DNA from: Flavobacteriales bacterium
GTDB taxonomy: Bacteria; Bacteroidota; Bacteroidia; Flavobacteriales_F; PHOS-HE28
Assembly (NCBI GenBank): GCA_020635695.1
Contig: JACJZH010000005.1
Coordinates: forward strand, 174,961 to 238,960
Length of the DNA: 64,000 bases
Reading direction: 5' to 3'
In this document: piece after piece, positions 46,380 through 56,451 of the stretch
How positions within the stretch are numbered: position 1 is the first letter of the stretch
How the letters are laid out: every line of letters begins with the position of its first letter
Notes under the pieces: generated by a model
Told to the model about the DNA's origin: nothing
Database searches by the model: none
Seen by the model: the letters and a program-made list of their open reading frames with translations, nothing else
Program-made: the position numbers and the translations under genes

Positions 46380-47396
46380 ATGAAGCGGGTCATCGTCACC
46401 GGAGGCGCGGGTTTCATCGGGTCGCACACCGCCGTTGAGCTGGCGGAGGCGGGCTATGACCCGGTGATCGTGGACGACCTGCGCAACTCCGAGGAACGGG
46501 CACTTCAAGGCATCGCAGGGATCATTGGCAAGGACCCCGAGGTGCACCGGGTGGACTGCACGGACGAGGAGGCGTTCGCACGGGTGTTCGAGCAGGGTGC
46601 CGTGCATGGCGTCATCCACTTCGCGGCCTACAAGGCGGTGGGCGAGAGCGTGGCCGAACCGCTCAAGTACTACCACAACAACATCGGGTCCCTGGTGGTG
46701 CTTCTGCGGCTCATGGAGCGGTACGGGGTGAAGCGGCTCGTCTTCTCCTCCAGCTGTACGGTGTACGGCGACCCCGACCGGCTCCCGGTCACGGAGTCCG
46801 CCCCGGACCGCAATGCGATGTCGCCTTACGGCTTCACCAAGGTCGTCTGTGAACGGTTGCTGCGCGATCAGAGCGCCGCGGATCCGGACCTGCGGGCCTC
46901 CTTGCTCCGCTACTTCAACCCGATCGGTGCGCATCCCTCCGCGCGGATCGGTGAGCTGCCCCTGGGGGTCCCGAACAACCTGGTGCCCTTCGTCACGCAG
47001 ACCGCGGCCGGACTGCGGAAGGAGCTCACGGTGTTCGGCGATGACTACGATACCCCGGATGGAAGCTGTGTCCGCGATTACATCCACGTGGTGGACCTTG
47101 CGCGGGCCCATGTGCTGGCGCTTGGCCGGCTCGACGGGAAGGACGTGCCCGGCTGCGAGGTATTCAACCTGGGCACCGGAACGGGCAACAGCGTGTTGGA
47201 GGTGGTCCGGACGTTCGAGGAGGTGAGCGGTCTGCCACTTCCGCATCGCATCGGTCCCAGGCGCCCCGGGGATGTGCCTGCGGTCTATGCCGACCCGACC
47301 AGAGCGCGCGACGTGCTCGGGTTCGAATGCCGCTACGGCCTCAGGGAAGCATTGGCGGATGCCTGGCGCTGGCAGCAGGCCCTGGCGGGCGACTAG
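46380..47396 (+). CDS. galE: UDP-glucose 4-epimerase
   Basis: 338 aa with MKRVIVTGGAGFIGSH and YGFTK (YxxxK), and it reads as GalE along its full length. Confidence 0.9.
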   Translation: MKRVIVTGGAGFIGSHTAVELAEAGYDPVIVDDLRNSEERALQGIAGIIGKDPEVHRVDCTDEEAFARVFEQGAVHGVIHFAAYKAVGESVAEPLKYYHNNIGSLVVLLRLMERYGVKRLVFSSSCTVYGDPDRLPVTESAPDRNAMSPYGFTKVVCERLLRDQSAADPDLRASLLRYFNPIGAHPSARIGELPLGVPNNLVPFVTQTAAGLRKELTVFGDDYDTPDGSCVRDYIHVVDLARAHVLALGRLDGKDVPGCEVFNLGTGTGNSVLEVVRTFEEVSGLPLPHRIGPRRPGDVPAVYADPTRARDVLGFECRYGLREALADAWRWQQALAGD

Positions 47397-48007
47397 CCGG
47401 GTACGGCCATCACGCACACGAAGGTGCAGGTGAAGCCGAGCACCGTCCCCGCATAGACCTGCGCCGGAGAATGGGCCCCGGCGATCAGTCTGGAGGTGCC
47501 CAACGCGCCCGCCAACAGGATGAACGCGGCCATTTCCAGCGGCGCGAAGGTGTGGTGCAGCACGAGCAGCGCGCTCAGCGCGCCGAGCAGGCCGCCCATG
47601 CCCACCATGTGCGCACTGATCTTCCAGCGGAGGGTGATCACCGCCGTGATGGCCAGGGCCAGCACGGCGCCCAGGAGCATCGCGTAGGTGGCCGGATGGT
47701 GCAGCGTGCGGCGCAGCAGGTAGTACGTGAGGCCGTAGTAGAACAGCGTCATCACGAAGGGCATGATCCGCTCCTGACGCGTGGGCATGGACAGTTGCTG
47801 GATGACCCCGGCACGCAGCAGCAGCACGGTGCTCAGCAGGGGGAACAGCACGGTCATCAGGAACACCATGGCGAAGGTGATCAGCCGCACCTCCTCCGGC
47901 AGGAAGAAGCTGAGGTTGGGGTCCAGCCGGAAGGCCAGCACCAGCGTGTACAACGGCATGAACAGCGGGTGCAGGACGATGCTGAGCAGGTGGGCCACGG
48001 TACGCAT
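47393..48007 (-). CDS. PAP2-like membrane phosphatase family protein
   Basis: 204 aa with 6 TM helices. KISAHMVG and SRLIAGAHSPAQV resemble PAP2 motifs 2 and 3. Motif 1 is unclear. Confidence 0.5.
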   Translation of the reverse strand: MRTVAHLLSIVLHPLFMPLYTLVLAFRLDPNLSFFLPEEVRLITFAMVFLMTVLFPLLSTVLLLRAGVIQQLSMPTRQERIMPFVMTLFYYGLTYYLLRRTLHHPATYAMLLGAVLALAITAVITLRWKISAHMVGMGGLLGALSALLVLHHTFAPLEMAAFILLAGALGTSRLIAGAHSPAQVYAGTVLGFTCTFVCVMAVPG

Positions 48008-48052
48008 CAGCGCGAAAGGTAACGGGCCTGGTCCGGCGCGACGGGGGAACGG

Positions 48053-49507
48053 CTAGAGCTCCTTCCGCAAGCGGGCCACGGGAATGCCCAGTTGCTCGCG
48101 GTACTTGGCCACGGTGCGCCGGGCGATGTTGTAGCCCTTTTCCTGCAGCAGCGTGGTGAGCTTCTCGTCGGTCAGGGGCTTCCGTTTCTCCTCCGCATCG
48201 ATGGCGTCCTGCAGGATCTTCTTCACCTCCCGGGTGCTCACCTCCTCGCCGCTGTCGGTGCTCAGCCCCTCGCTGAAGAAGTACTTGAGCGGAAAGGTGC
48301 CGTAGTTGGTCTGCACGAACTTGCTGTTGGCCACCCGGCTGATGGTGCTGATGTCCAGCCCCACCTTCTCCGCGATGTCCTTCAGGATCATCGGCCGCAT
48401 GCGGGTCTCATCACCGGTCAGGAAGAAGTCGCGCTGGTGCTCCATGATGGCCTCCATGGTCATCAGCAGGGTGTGCTGGCGCTGCCGGATCGCATCGATG
48501 AACCACTTGGCGCTGTCCAGTTTCTGCTTGATGAACTGCAGGGCCTCGCGTTGGTCCTTGTCCTTCTTGTTGCGCGCGTATTCCTGCAGCATGTCCTTGT
48601 AGGTGCGGCTCAGGCGCAGTTCCGGGGCGTTGCGTCCGTTCAGCTGCAGGTCCAGGTCGCCGTCCACGGCGTTCAACAGGAAGTCGGGCACCACGGTCTG
48701 CACCGGGCGTGCGGTCTCCTGGCTGGTGTTGCCGGGCCTGGGGTTCAGGTGTACGATCACCTCGATGGCCCCACGCAGGGCGTCCTCGTCCACTTCCAGT
48801 TTTTCCAGGATCCGGTCGTAGTGCTTCTTGGTGAAGGCCTCGAAGTGCTTCTCCACCACCTCGCGCGCGATCCGCTGGTCCAGGTCATGGGGCATGCGCT
48901 CCAGCTGCAGCAACAGGCATTCCCGCAGGTCGCGGGCGCCCACGCCGGCGGGGTCCAGCGACTGCACCTCCTTCAAGGCGCGTTCGAGCTCCTCCTTGGT
49001 GCACGAGACGTTCTGGGTGAACGCCAGGTCGTTCACGATGGCATCCAGCTCCCGGCGCAGGTAGCCGTCCTCGTCCAGGTTGCCGATCAGGTTCTCGGCC
49101 AGCATCTCGGTGCGGTCGTCGATCCGCCTCAGTTGGAGCTGGGCCTTCAGGTGATCGGTGAAGGTGCGGCCGCCGCTGAGGGGGATCTCCCGTTCCTCGT
49201 CATCGGCGCTCCGGTTGTTGGCGCTCAGCTTGTAGTCCGGCGTGTCGTCGTCGTCGAAGTAGTCGCTCAGGTCGAACTCCTCCTCGTCGCCACCCTCGCT
49301 TTCCTCCCGGTCGTCGGCCTCCGGCAGTTCGGCATCCTCCGCCGCCCGGTCCTCATCCTGCCCCTCCTCCAGCGCGGGGTTCTCCTCGATCTCCTGCTTG
49401 ATGCGCTGCTCCAGTTCCGCCGTGGGCACCTGCAGCAGTTTCATCAGCTGGATCTGCTGGGGGCTCAGCTTCTGCTGCAGCTTCTGGAATAGGCCCTGTT
49501 TGAGCAT
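48053..49507 (-). CDS. rpoN: RNA polymerase sigma-54 factor
   Basis: 484 aa from the ATG at 49507 (MLKQGLFQKLQQKLSPQQIQLMKLLQ). The C-terminal RpoN box ARRTVAKYREQLGIPVARLRK is present. Confidence 0.95.
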   Translation of the reverse strand: MLKQGLFQKLQQKLSPQQIQLMKLLQVPTAELEQRIKQEIEENPALEEGQDEDRAAEDAELPEADDREESEGGDEEEFDLSDYFDDDDTPDYKLSANNRSADDEEREIPLSGGRTFTDHLKAQLQLRRIDDRTEMLAENLIGNLDEDGYLRRELDAIVNDLAFTQNVSCTKEELERALKEVQSLDPAGVGARDLRECLLLQLERMPHDLDQRIAREVVEKHFEAFTKKHYDRILEKLEVDEDALRGAIEVIVHLNPRPGNTSQETARPVQTVVPDFLLNAVDGDLDLQLNGRNAPELRLSRTYKDMLQEYARNKKDKDQREALQFIKQKLDSAKWFIDAIRQRQHTLLMTMEAIMEHQRDFFLTGDETRMRPMILKDIAEKVGLDISTISRVANSKFVQTNYGTFPLKYFFSEGLSTDSGEEVSTREVKKILQDAIDAEEKRKPLTDEKLTTLLQEKGYNIARRTVAKYREQLGIPVARLRKEL

Positions 49508-49513
49508 GCGTGG

Positions 49514-49521
49514 CAAAAATA
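49514..49521 (-). promoter_or_regulatory. -7 box TATTTTTG 6 nt before the rpoN ATG
   Basis: The minus strand reads TATTTTTG-CCACGC-ATG. Confidence 0.45.
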
Positions 49522-49566
49522 CGGGTGGCCCGCGCCCCGAAGGGTGTTCGATGCGATCTTCGGGAC

Positions 49567-50718
49567 ATGTGGTCGCGCCTGTTCCTTTCGCTCGCCTTGT
49601 CCGTTCCCGTCGCGGGCATGGCCCAGCACACCGACACCCTCCGTTTCCGGTCGCAGGCGATGGATGCCGATCGCCTGGTGGTCGTTCACCTGCCGGAGTT
49701 CCACCGCTACGCCTCCGAAGAGGTGCGCATGCCGGTGATCGTCGTGTTGGACGGCCAGCACGAGTGGTTCGTGGGGCCGGTGGTGAACGACATCCGCTAC
49801 CTCACCTTCACCAAGGAGCTGCCTCAGTGCATCACCGTGGAGGTGCCGCATGCCGACCGCATCAGCGAGTGCCGCATCCCGGAGGGAGAGGGACCGGAAC
49901 CCGCCCTGCTGCGCATGCTGGTGGAGGAGCTGCCGGGTCTGTTGGAGCCCTACCACCCGGGCGGCTTCCAGCTGCTGATCGGCCACTCCTTCACCGCGAG
50001 CTTCGCGTTGTACGCCTTCGCCAAGTACCCGGAGCGGTTTCCGGTGGTGCTCGCCCACACGCCCGGCAATGGGTCCGATGGCCACTTGGCGCGTGTGAAG
50101 CAACACGTGCAGGAGGACCCCGATCGGGCGGTGTACCTCAGTGTGGGCGGGCCTGAACTAAAGAAGGACAAGTGGCACCACGGGTGGAACACCGAGGCGC
50201 TGCGCAAGGAAGGCCTCCCGGGCGACCTGCCGAACTTCGTGTTCCGCGAGGTGCCCCATGCAGCACACAATGCGGTGCCCATCCGGGCCACGCCGGAGTT
50301 CCTGTCCCACTGCTTCAACGCCTTCTCCCTGCGCGACAGCCTGGTGCCGGTGAACATGTACTACCAGCTTGATGAGCCTCCGCCCCCGGCCGAGGAACTG
50401 TTGAGGCAGGTGGAGGAGGACCTGGCCTGGCGCGGCACGTCGATCCCGTGGGAACTGGCGGAGATCAACGGCATGGCTTCGCGCCTCATGACGGGCGACC
50501 ATCCGGAGCAGTTGCTGGCCGTGTTCCAGCGAGGGGTGGAGCTCTATCCCGGCTACTGGGAGTTCCATGCCGCCGTTGGCGAGCTGCTGCTGGAAAGCGA
50601 TCCCGCCATGGGGAGGGCATCGCTTCGCCGGTCGCTGGCCCTGCTGGAGGAATACGACCGGGACCAGCCGGACTACGCGGAGATCAAGGCCGAACTGGAG
50701 GAATTGCTCGGCGAGTGA
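49567..50718 (+). CDS. Secreted alpha/beta-hydrolase (putative esterase family) with a helical C-terminal domain
   Basis: 383 aa from the ATG at 49567 (signal peptide MWSRLFLSLALSVPVAGMAQ). The nucleophile elbow is LLIGHSFTA. Confidence 0.6.
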   Translation: MWSRLFLSLALSVPVAGMAQHTDTLRFRSQAMDADRLVVVHLPEFHRYASEEVRMPVIVVLDGQHEWFVGPVVNDIRYLTFTKELPQCITVEVPHADRISECRIPEGEGPEPALLRMLVEELPGLLEPYHPGGFQLLIGHSFTASFALYAFAKYPERFPVVLAHTPGNGSDGHLARVKQHVQEDPDRAVYLSVGGPELKKDKWHHGWNTEALRKEGLPGDLPNFVFREVPHAAHNAVPIRATPEFLSHCFNAFSLRDSLVPVNMYYQLDEPPPPAEELLRQVEEDLAWRGTSIPWELAEINGMASRLMTGDHPEQLLAVFQRGVELYPGYWEFHAAVGELLLESDPAMGRASLRRSLALLEEYDRDQPDYAEIKAELEELLGE

Positions 50719-50729
50719 CGGTCGCTCGC

Positions 50730-51080
50730 TCAGGCCGATGCCGCCGCCACGAGCGCCTGCACGGTGGCCTTGGCGTTGCCGATGAAGATGCGGTCCGCGA
50801 TCACGGCCACCGGCCGTTTCAGGAAGGTGTACTCTTCCAGGATCAGCCGGCGGAAGTCCTGCTCGGTGAGCTGCTGCTCATGCAGGCCCATCGCACGGAA
50901 TTTCATCGCCCTCCGGCTGAACAGGGCCTCGTAGCTGCCTGCCAGTTCCCGGAGGTGGTCCAGTTGCTCCGGCGTAATGGGCTCGGTCTTGATGTCCTGC
51001 AGATCGAAGCGCTCCAGGCCGGGCACCTCCTTCAGGATGCGCTGGCAGGTGCTGCAGGTGGAGAGGTGGTAGATCGTCAC
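50730..51080 (-). CDS. ArsC/Spx/YffB family protein (CxxC type)
   Basis: 116 aa from the GTG at 51080 (VTIYHLSTCSTCQRILKEV...FLKRPV). Confidence 0.7.
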   Translation of the reverse strand: MTIYHLSTCSTCQRILKEVPGLERFDLQDIKTEPITPEQLDHLRELAGSYEALFSRRAMKFRAMGLHEQQLTEQDFRRLILEEYTFLKRPVAVIADRIFIGNAKATVQALVAAASA

Positions 51081-51204
51081 GGGGAGATGAAAATGGAGAT
51101 ATGGGTGAGGGAGGAACACAGAGGTCCAAAGAAAGTGAGGGTGGCGGCTGGAGCCGCGATCACCTTCTCCCCACCATCTCCACCTTCACCCTGCTCACCA
51201 ATGA

Positions 51205-52638
<1,434 letters not shown>

Positions 52639-52657
52639 CGCGTGTTCGAATGGACCG

Positions 52658-52665
52658 CAAAGGAA
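52658..52665 (-). promoter_or_regulatory. -7-like box TTCCTTTG(CG) upstream of asnS
   Basis: It has one mismatch, contains the CTTTGCG core, and lies 19 nt before the ATG at 52638. Confidence 0.3.
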
Positions 52666-52687
52666 TGAAGGCCCCGCCGATCTTGCA

Positions 52688-53101
52688 TCAGCCACCGAGC
52701 ATCCCTCGCCACTCGGCCACCTTGGCATGGCGCTCGAACGAGTACGTCCGGTCGGTGGCGTTGAGGTGCTCCAGGATCAGCAGGGCGCGTTCGCGGCAGG
52801 CGCGCGAGGCATGCGGACTTGCTGCTGGGGCTTCCGCTGGATCGCCCAGTCGCCAGAGGAGTTCCGCCAGGTGTTCGGCGTTCGTGGTGGTGAACGCGGG
52901 GTTGCCGGCGATCGCGTTCAGCATGTCCCGAGGGTCGCCCTCCACATCGGTCACGGCCTTTCCCACGGCGGTGGTGAGCTGGTCCAGGGTGCTCTGCAGG
53001 GTGGTCGCGGGATCGGGCGTGCCGAGGAGCTTGCCCATCAACCGTTGCAGGACCAGGCCGAGCTGGTCGATCTGGTGCATGAGGTGGTCTCTCCGTTCCA
53101 T
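52688..53101 (-). CDS. Helical protein, function unknown
   Basis: 137 aa from the ATG at 53101. A -7-like box lies 33 nt upstream. No motif was recognised. Confidence 0.4.
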   Translation of the reverse strand: MERRDHLMHQIDQLGLVLQRLMGKLLGTPDPATTLQSTLDQLTTAVGKAVTDVEGDPRDMLNAIAGNPAFTTTNAEHLAELLWRLGDPAEAPAASPHASRACRERALLILEHLNATDRTYSFERHAKVAEWRGMLGG

Positions 53102-53136
53102 GGGTGTGGCCGCCACGGGCCCGGCGGTGCAGGCCG

Positions 53137-53144
53137 CAAAGGAA
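53137..53144 (-). promoter_or_regulatory. -7-like box TTCCTTTG(CG) upstream of the 137-aa hypothetical gene
   Basis: The same TTCCTTTGCGG string occurs at asnS. This copy lies 35 nt before the ATG at 53101. Confidence 0.3.
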
Positions 53145-53206
53145 CGACACACCCCATCCGGCGCATGAAGGCGAGGTGAAGGGAACGTGTCCCTGGGATG
53201 AACGGC

Positions 53207-53235
53207 GGAAACATTTCATGAGCGGTATTGTTTCC
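53207..53235. promoter_or_regulatory. Candidate TetR operator
   Basis: The perfect inverted repeat GGAAACA-N15-TGTTTCC overlaps the -33 element. Confidence 0.35.
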
Positions 53236-53259
53236 GATGTGCATTTCGTCCTACGTTTG
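53228..53259 (+). promoter_or_regulatory. Bacteroidetes-type promoter for the tetR-tolC-mfp-rnd operon
   Basis: A -33 TTG (53228-53230) lies 21 nt from a perfect -7 TACGTTTG (53252-53259), 49 nt before the ATG. Confidence 0.5.
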
Positions 53260-53308
53260 CACCCCCTTCCGGCGCATCCGTGCTCCGGAGGTTGACAGGA
53301 ACGCCACC

Positions 53309-53929
53309 ATGAGCGACCGCGAACGGCAGATCATCGACCAGGCACACAAGGTCTTCATGCGCCTGGGGATCCGCAGCGTGAACATGGACGATATCGCCCA
53401 GCACCTGCGCATCAGCAAGAAGACGCTTTACCAGTTCGTGAAGGACAAGCAGGACCTGGTGCAGCGCGTGGTGAAGTACAACTGCGAACAGCACCACGCG
53501 GCCATCACGGGGATCTGTGAGCGGGGCCTGAACGCGATCGATGAGCAGTTCGAGATCGCCAAGTTCATCGCCGCCAAGCTGGGCGAGATGCACCCCAGCA
53601 TCCACTTCGACCTGTTGAAGTACCACCCGGAGGCCTGGGACCTGCTCGAGCGCACCGAGAAGGCCGAGATCTACGAATGCGTGGCCCGCAACATGGAGAA
53701 GGGCATCGCCGAAGGCCTGTACCGCGACGACCTGAACATCCCGGTGGTGGCCAAGATCTACATGGCCCGCTTCGATGCCGTGTTCGACGGCGAACTGTTC
53801 CCCGAGTCCGAGTACAACTTCCAGGACATCATCTGGGAGGTCTATCGCTACCACATCCGCGGCATCGCCAGCGAGAAGGGCATCAAGTACCTGATGAAGA
53901 AGGTGAAGCGCGAACACGCCACAGCATGA
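53309..53929 (+). CDS. TetR/AcrR family transcriptional regulator
   Basis: 206 aa from the ATG at 53309, with the HTH GIRSVNMDDIAQHLRISKKTLYQFV. Confidence 0.85.
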   Translation: MSDRERQIIDQAHKVFMRLGIRSVNMDDIAQHLRISKKTLYQFVKDKQDLVQRVVKYNCEQHHAAITGICERGLNAIDEQFEIAKFIAAKLGEMHPSIHFDLLKYHPEAWDLLERTEKAEIYECVARNMEKGIAEGLYRDDLNIPVVAKIYMARFDAVFDGELFPESEYNFQDIIWEVYRYHIRGIASEKGIKYLMKKVKREHATA

Positions 53930-55242
53930 GGAACACAACGCTCATCCTCCTCCTGGCCACGGGCCTTGGTCTGAACGCCCAGGGGCCCATGACCATGAGC
54001 CTGCAGCAGGCCATGGACCATGCCGCGCAGTACAGCTACAGCGTCCGCACCAACGAGCTGGAGGCCGAGAAGGCACGCCGCAAGATCAAGGAGGTGATGG
54101 CCATCGGCCTGCCCCAGATCGACGCTTCGGGCGGCATCCAGAACTACATCGACGTGCCCATCTCGGTGGTGCCCAACTTCTTCGGAGAAGGCCCCGAGTT
54201 CCTGGAGGCGCAGTTCGGTGTGCCCTGGACGCTTTCCGGGCAGGTGCAGTTGAACCAGTTGATCTTCGACGGTTCCTACCTGATCGGCCTGCAGGCCACC
54301 AAGGAACTGAAACAGCAGAGCGATCAGGAACTGGAGCTCGCCATCCGCGACGCACGGGCCGCGGCCGCCAAGGCCTACTACGGGGTGCTGGCCGCCGAGG
54401 AGGGTGCAGAGGCCCTGCGCGAGTCGGTGCCGGTGCTGGAGCGCAGCCTCACCGAAGCGCAGGCCATGCAGGAGACCGGCTTCATGGAGGAGACCGACGT
54501 GGACCGCATCCGCATCGAACTGGCCAACACCCGTGATCAGCTCATGGTCTTCGAGCGGCAGCAGGTGCTGGCCCTCAACCTGCTGCGCTTCTACCTGGGC
54601 GTACCCTCGGGCACCCCCATGGAGCTCACCGACGACCTGCAGGAGCTGATCGACGCGCCCGACGAGCGTGCCCTGGTGGGCCAGCCGATGGACATGGCCG
54701 GACACGTGGAGCACCGCATCGCGGAGTCGCAGGTGCGCCTGCAGACCCTGAACGTGCGCAACGAGAAGGCCGCCTACTGGCCCCGGCTGAACGGCTTCCT
54801 GAGCCACCAGCAGCAGGCCTTCGGGTTCAACGACGTGGTGGAGACCGACTGGTACCCCGGCACCCTCTGGGGCGTGAACCTGCAGGTGCCCATCTTCAGC
54901 AGTGGCATGCGCGCCAACAAGGTGAAGCAGGCCGACCTCACCCTGCAGCAGGTGGAGGTGAACAAGCAGCGTGTGGAGCAGCAGTTGGCGCTGGAGGAGG
55001 CGCAGGCCCGCAGCGACGTGGAGACCGCCCAGGCCCTGTACGACAACCAGCGGGACCGGCTGGAGCTGGCCCGGCGCGTGTTCGAACGCACCTCCACCAA
55101 GTTCACCGAGGGGCTCTCCTCCAGCTTCGAGCTCACCACCGAGCAGGGCAACTACCTGAGCCAGCAGCAGGCCTACATCCAGCGGCTCGCCGATCTGGTG
55201 AACGCCCGCACCGAACTGCGCAAGACCCTCGACCTGTTCTGA
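53926..55242 (+). CDS. TolC-family outer-membrane efflux protein
   Basis: 438 aa from the ATG at 53926, which overlaps the tetR stop as ATGA. It has a signal peptide and two coiled TolC repeats. Confidence 0.85.
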   Translation: MRNTTLILLLATGLGLNAQGPMTMSLQQAMDHAAQYSYSVRTNELEAEKARRKIKEVMAIGLPQIDASGGIQNYIDVPISVVPNFFGEGPEFLEAQFGVPWTLSGQVQLNQLIFDGSYLIGLQATKELKQQSDQELELAIRDARAAAAKAYYGVLAAEEGAEALRESVPVLERSLTEAQAMQETGFMEETDVDRIRIELANTRDQLMVFERQQVLALNLLRFYLGVPSGTPMELTDDLQELIDAPDERALVGQPMDMAGHVEHRIAESQVRLQTLNVRNEKAAYWPRLNGFLSHQQQAFGFNDVVETDWYPGTLWGVNLQVPIFSSGMRANKVKQADLTLQQVEVNKQRVEQQLALEEAQARSDVETAQALYDNQRDRLELARRVFERTSTKFTEGLSSSFELTTEQGNYLSQQQAYIQRLADLVNARTELRKTLDLF

Positions 55243-55260
55243 TCCACCATCCACCAAGTC

Positions 55261-56415
55261 ATGAGGAACCTGATCTTTTCCACCGCCCTCCTTGCGCTCG
55301 CAGCCTGCGGGGGCGCTCCGCCGATCGACGAGGCCATCGCCGAGCACCGCGCCAAGCGTGATTCGCTGAAGGCCGCACGCCAGGAGCTCAACACCGCCAT
55401 CGCCGAGGTGGAGGGCTGGCTCGCCGCCAACGACCCCGAGCTGCGCCGCAACCTGCCGGTGGTCACCACCTATGCCCTTCAGCCGCGTGAGTTCGCGCAC
55501 TGGACCGAGGCCCACGGCAGCGTGAAGGCCGACCGCAACGCGATGGTGTACTCCGCTTCGGGCGGTGAGGTCCGCCGCATCGTGGTGCAGCAGGGGCAGA
55601 CGGTGCGAGCCGGTCAGCCGATCGTGGACATCGATGTGGACGCCCTGCGCGAGAGCGTGCGGCAGGCCGAGGCCCAGGTGGAACTGGCCCGCTCGGTCTT
55701 CGAGAAGCAGCAGCGCCTGTGGGACCAGCAGATCGGCAGCGAGGTGCAGTACCTCCAGGCCAAGGCCAACAAGGACGCGGGAGAGGCCCAGCTCGCGGCC
55801 CTGCGGGAGCAGTTGCGCAGCGCGCAGGTGCTGGCTCCCTTCGATGGGGTGGTGGACGAGATCTTCCCCAATGTGGGCGACATGGCCTCACCGATGCAAC
55901 CCGTGGCCCGTGTGGTGGCCCTGGGCAAGGCCAGCGTGGAGGTGGACCTGGCCGAGGACCTGCTGAGCAAGGTGAAGGTGGGCGACCCGGTGGAGGTGAT
56001 CGTCCCCGAGCTCAATGGGCAGTTCCAGGCCACGATCGATCAGGTGGGCCAGTACATCAACCCCAACAACCGCACCTTCAAGGCCACCCTGCGCCTGGAC
56101 CCCTCGGAACACCTGACCCTGAGGCCCAACCAGCTGGTGAACGTGCGCATCCGCGACCTGGAGGTACAGGAGGCCCTGGTGGTCCCCAGCCGCCTGGTGA
56201 TGGAGAACAGCTCCGGCGAGAGCTACGTGTTCGTGCTCGAGGAGCAGAGCCAGGCCCGGGCACGCAAGGTGTTCGTGAAGGTGCTGAGCAACCAGGGCGG
56301 TGAACTGCTGCTGGAGCGTTCCGAGCAGGGCATCAAGGGCGGTGAAACGCTCATCGACGAGGGCGCCCGCATGGTGGTGGACCAGCAGGAGGTGAAGGTC
56401 CTGGAGAAGGCCTGA
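55261..56415 (+). CDS. Efflux RND periplasmic adaptor (MFP/HlyD family)
   Basis: 384 aa with the lipobox ALAACGG and biotinyl-lipoyl-like and beta-barrel segments. Confidence 0.85.
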   Translation: MRNLIFSTALLALAACGGAPPIDEAIAEHRAKRDSLKAARQELNTAIAEVEGWLAANDPELRRNLPVVTTYALQPREFAHWTEAHGSVKADRNAMVYSASGGEVRRIVVQQGQTVRAGQPIVDIDVDALRESVRQAEAQVELARSVFEKQQRLWDQQIGSEVQYLQAKANKDAGEAQLAALREQLRSAQVLAPFDGVVDEIFPNVGDMASPMQPVARVVALGKASVEVDLAEDLLSKVKVGDPVEVIVPELNGQFQATIDQVGQYINPNNRTFKATLRLDPSEHLTLRPNQLVNVRIRDLEVQEALVVPSRLVMENSSGESYVFVLEEQSQARARKVFVKVLSNQGGELLLERSEQGIKGGETLIDEGARMVVDQQEVKVLEKA

Positions 56416-56451
56416 TCGCGGAATCAACGAGCGATCCAAAGGAAACCGATC

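Noticed and set aside
51081-51204. A purine-rich tract on the plus strand with CACCTTC-like repeats and a short GCGGCT/AGCCGC stem, lying between asnS and the ArsC gene.
   Set aside because: The repeats are short and imperfect and the stem is weak. The tract is adequately explained as an asnS 3' region plus a pyrimidine-rich leader of the downstream gene. It is not strong enough to report.
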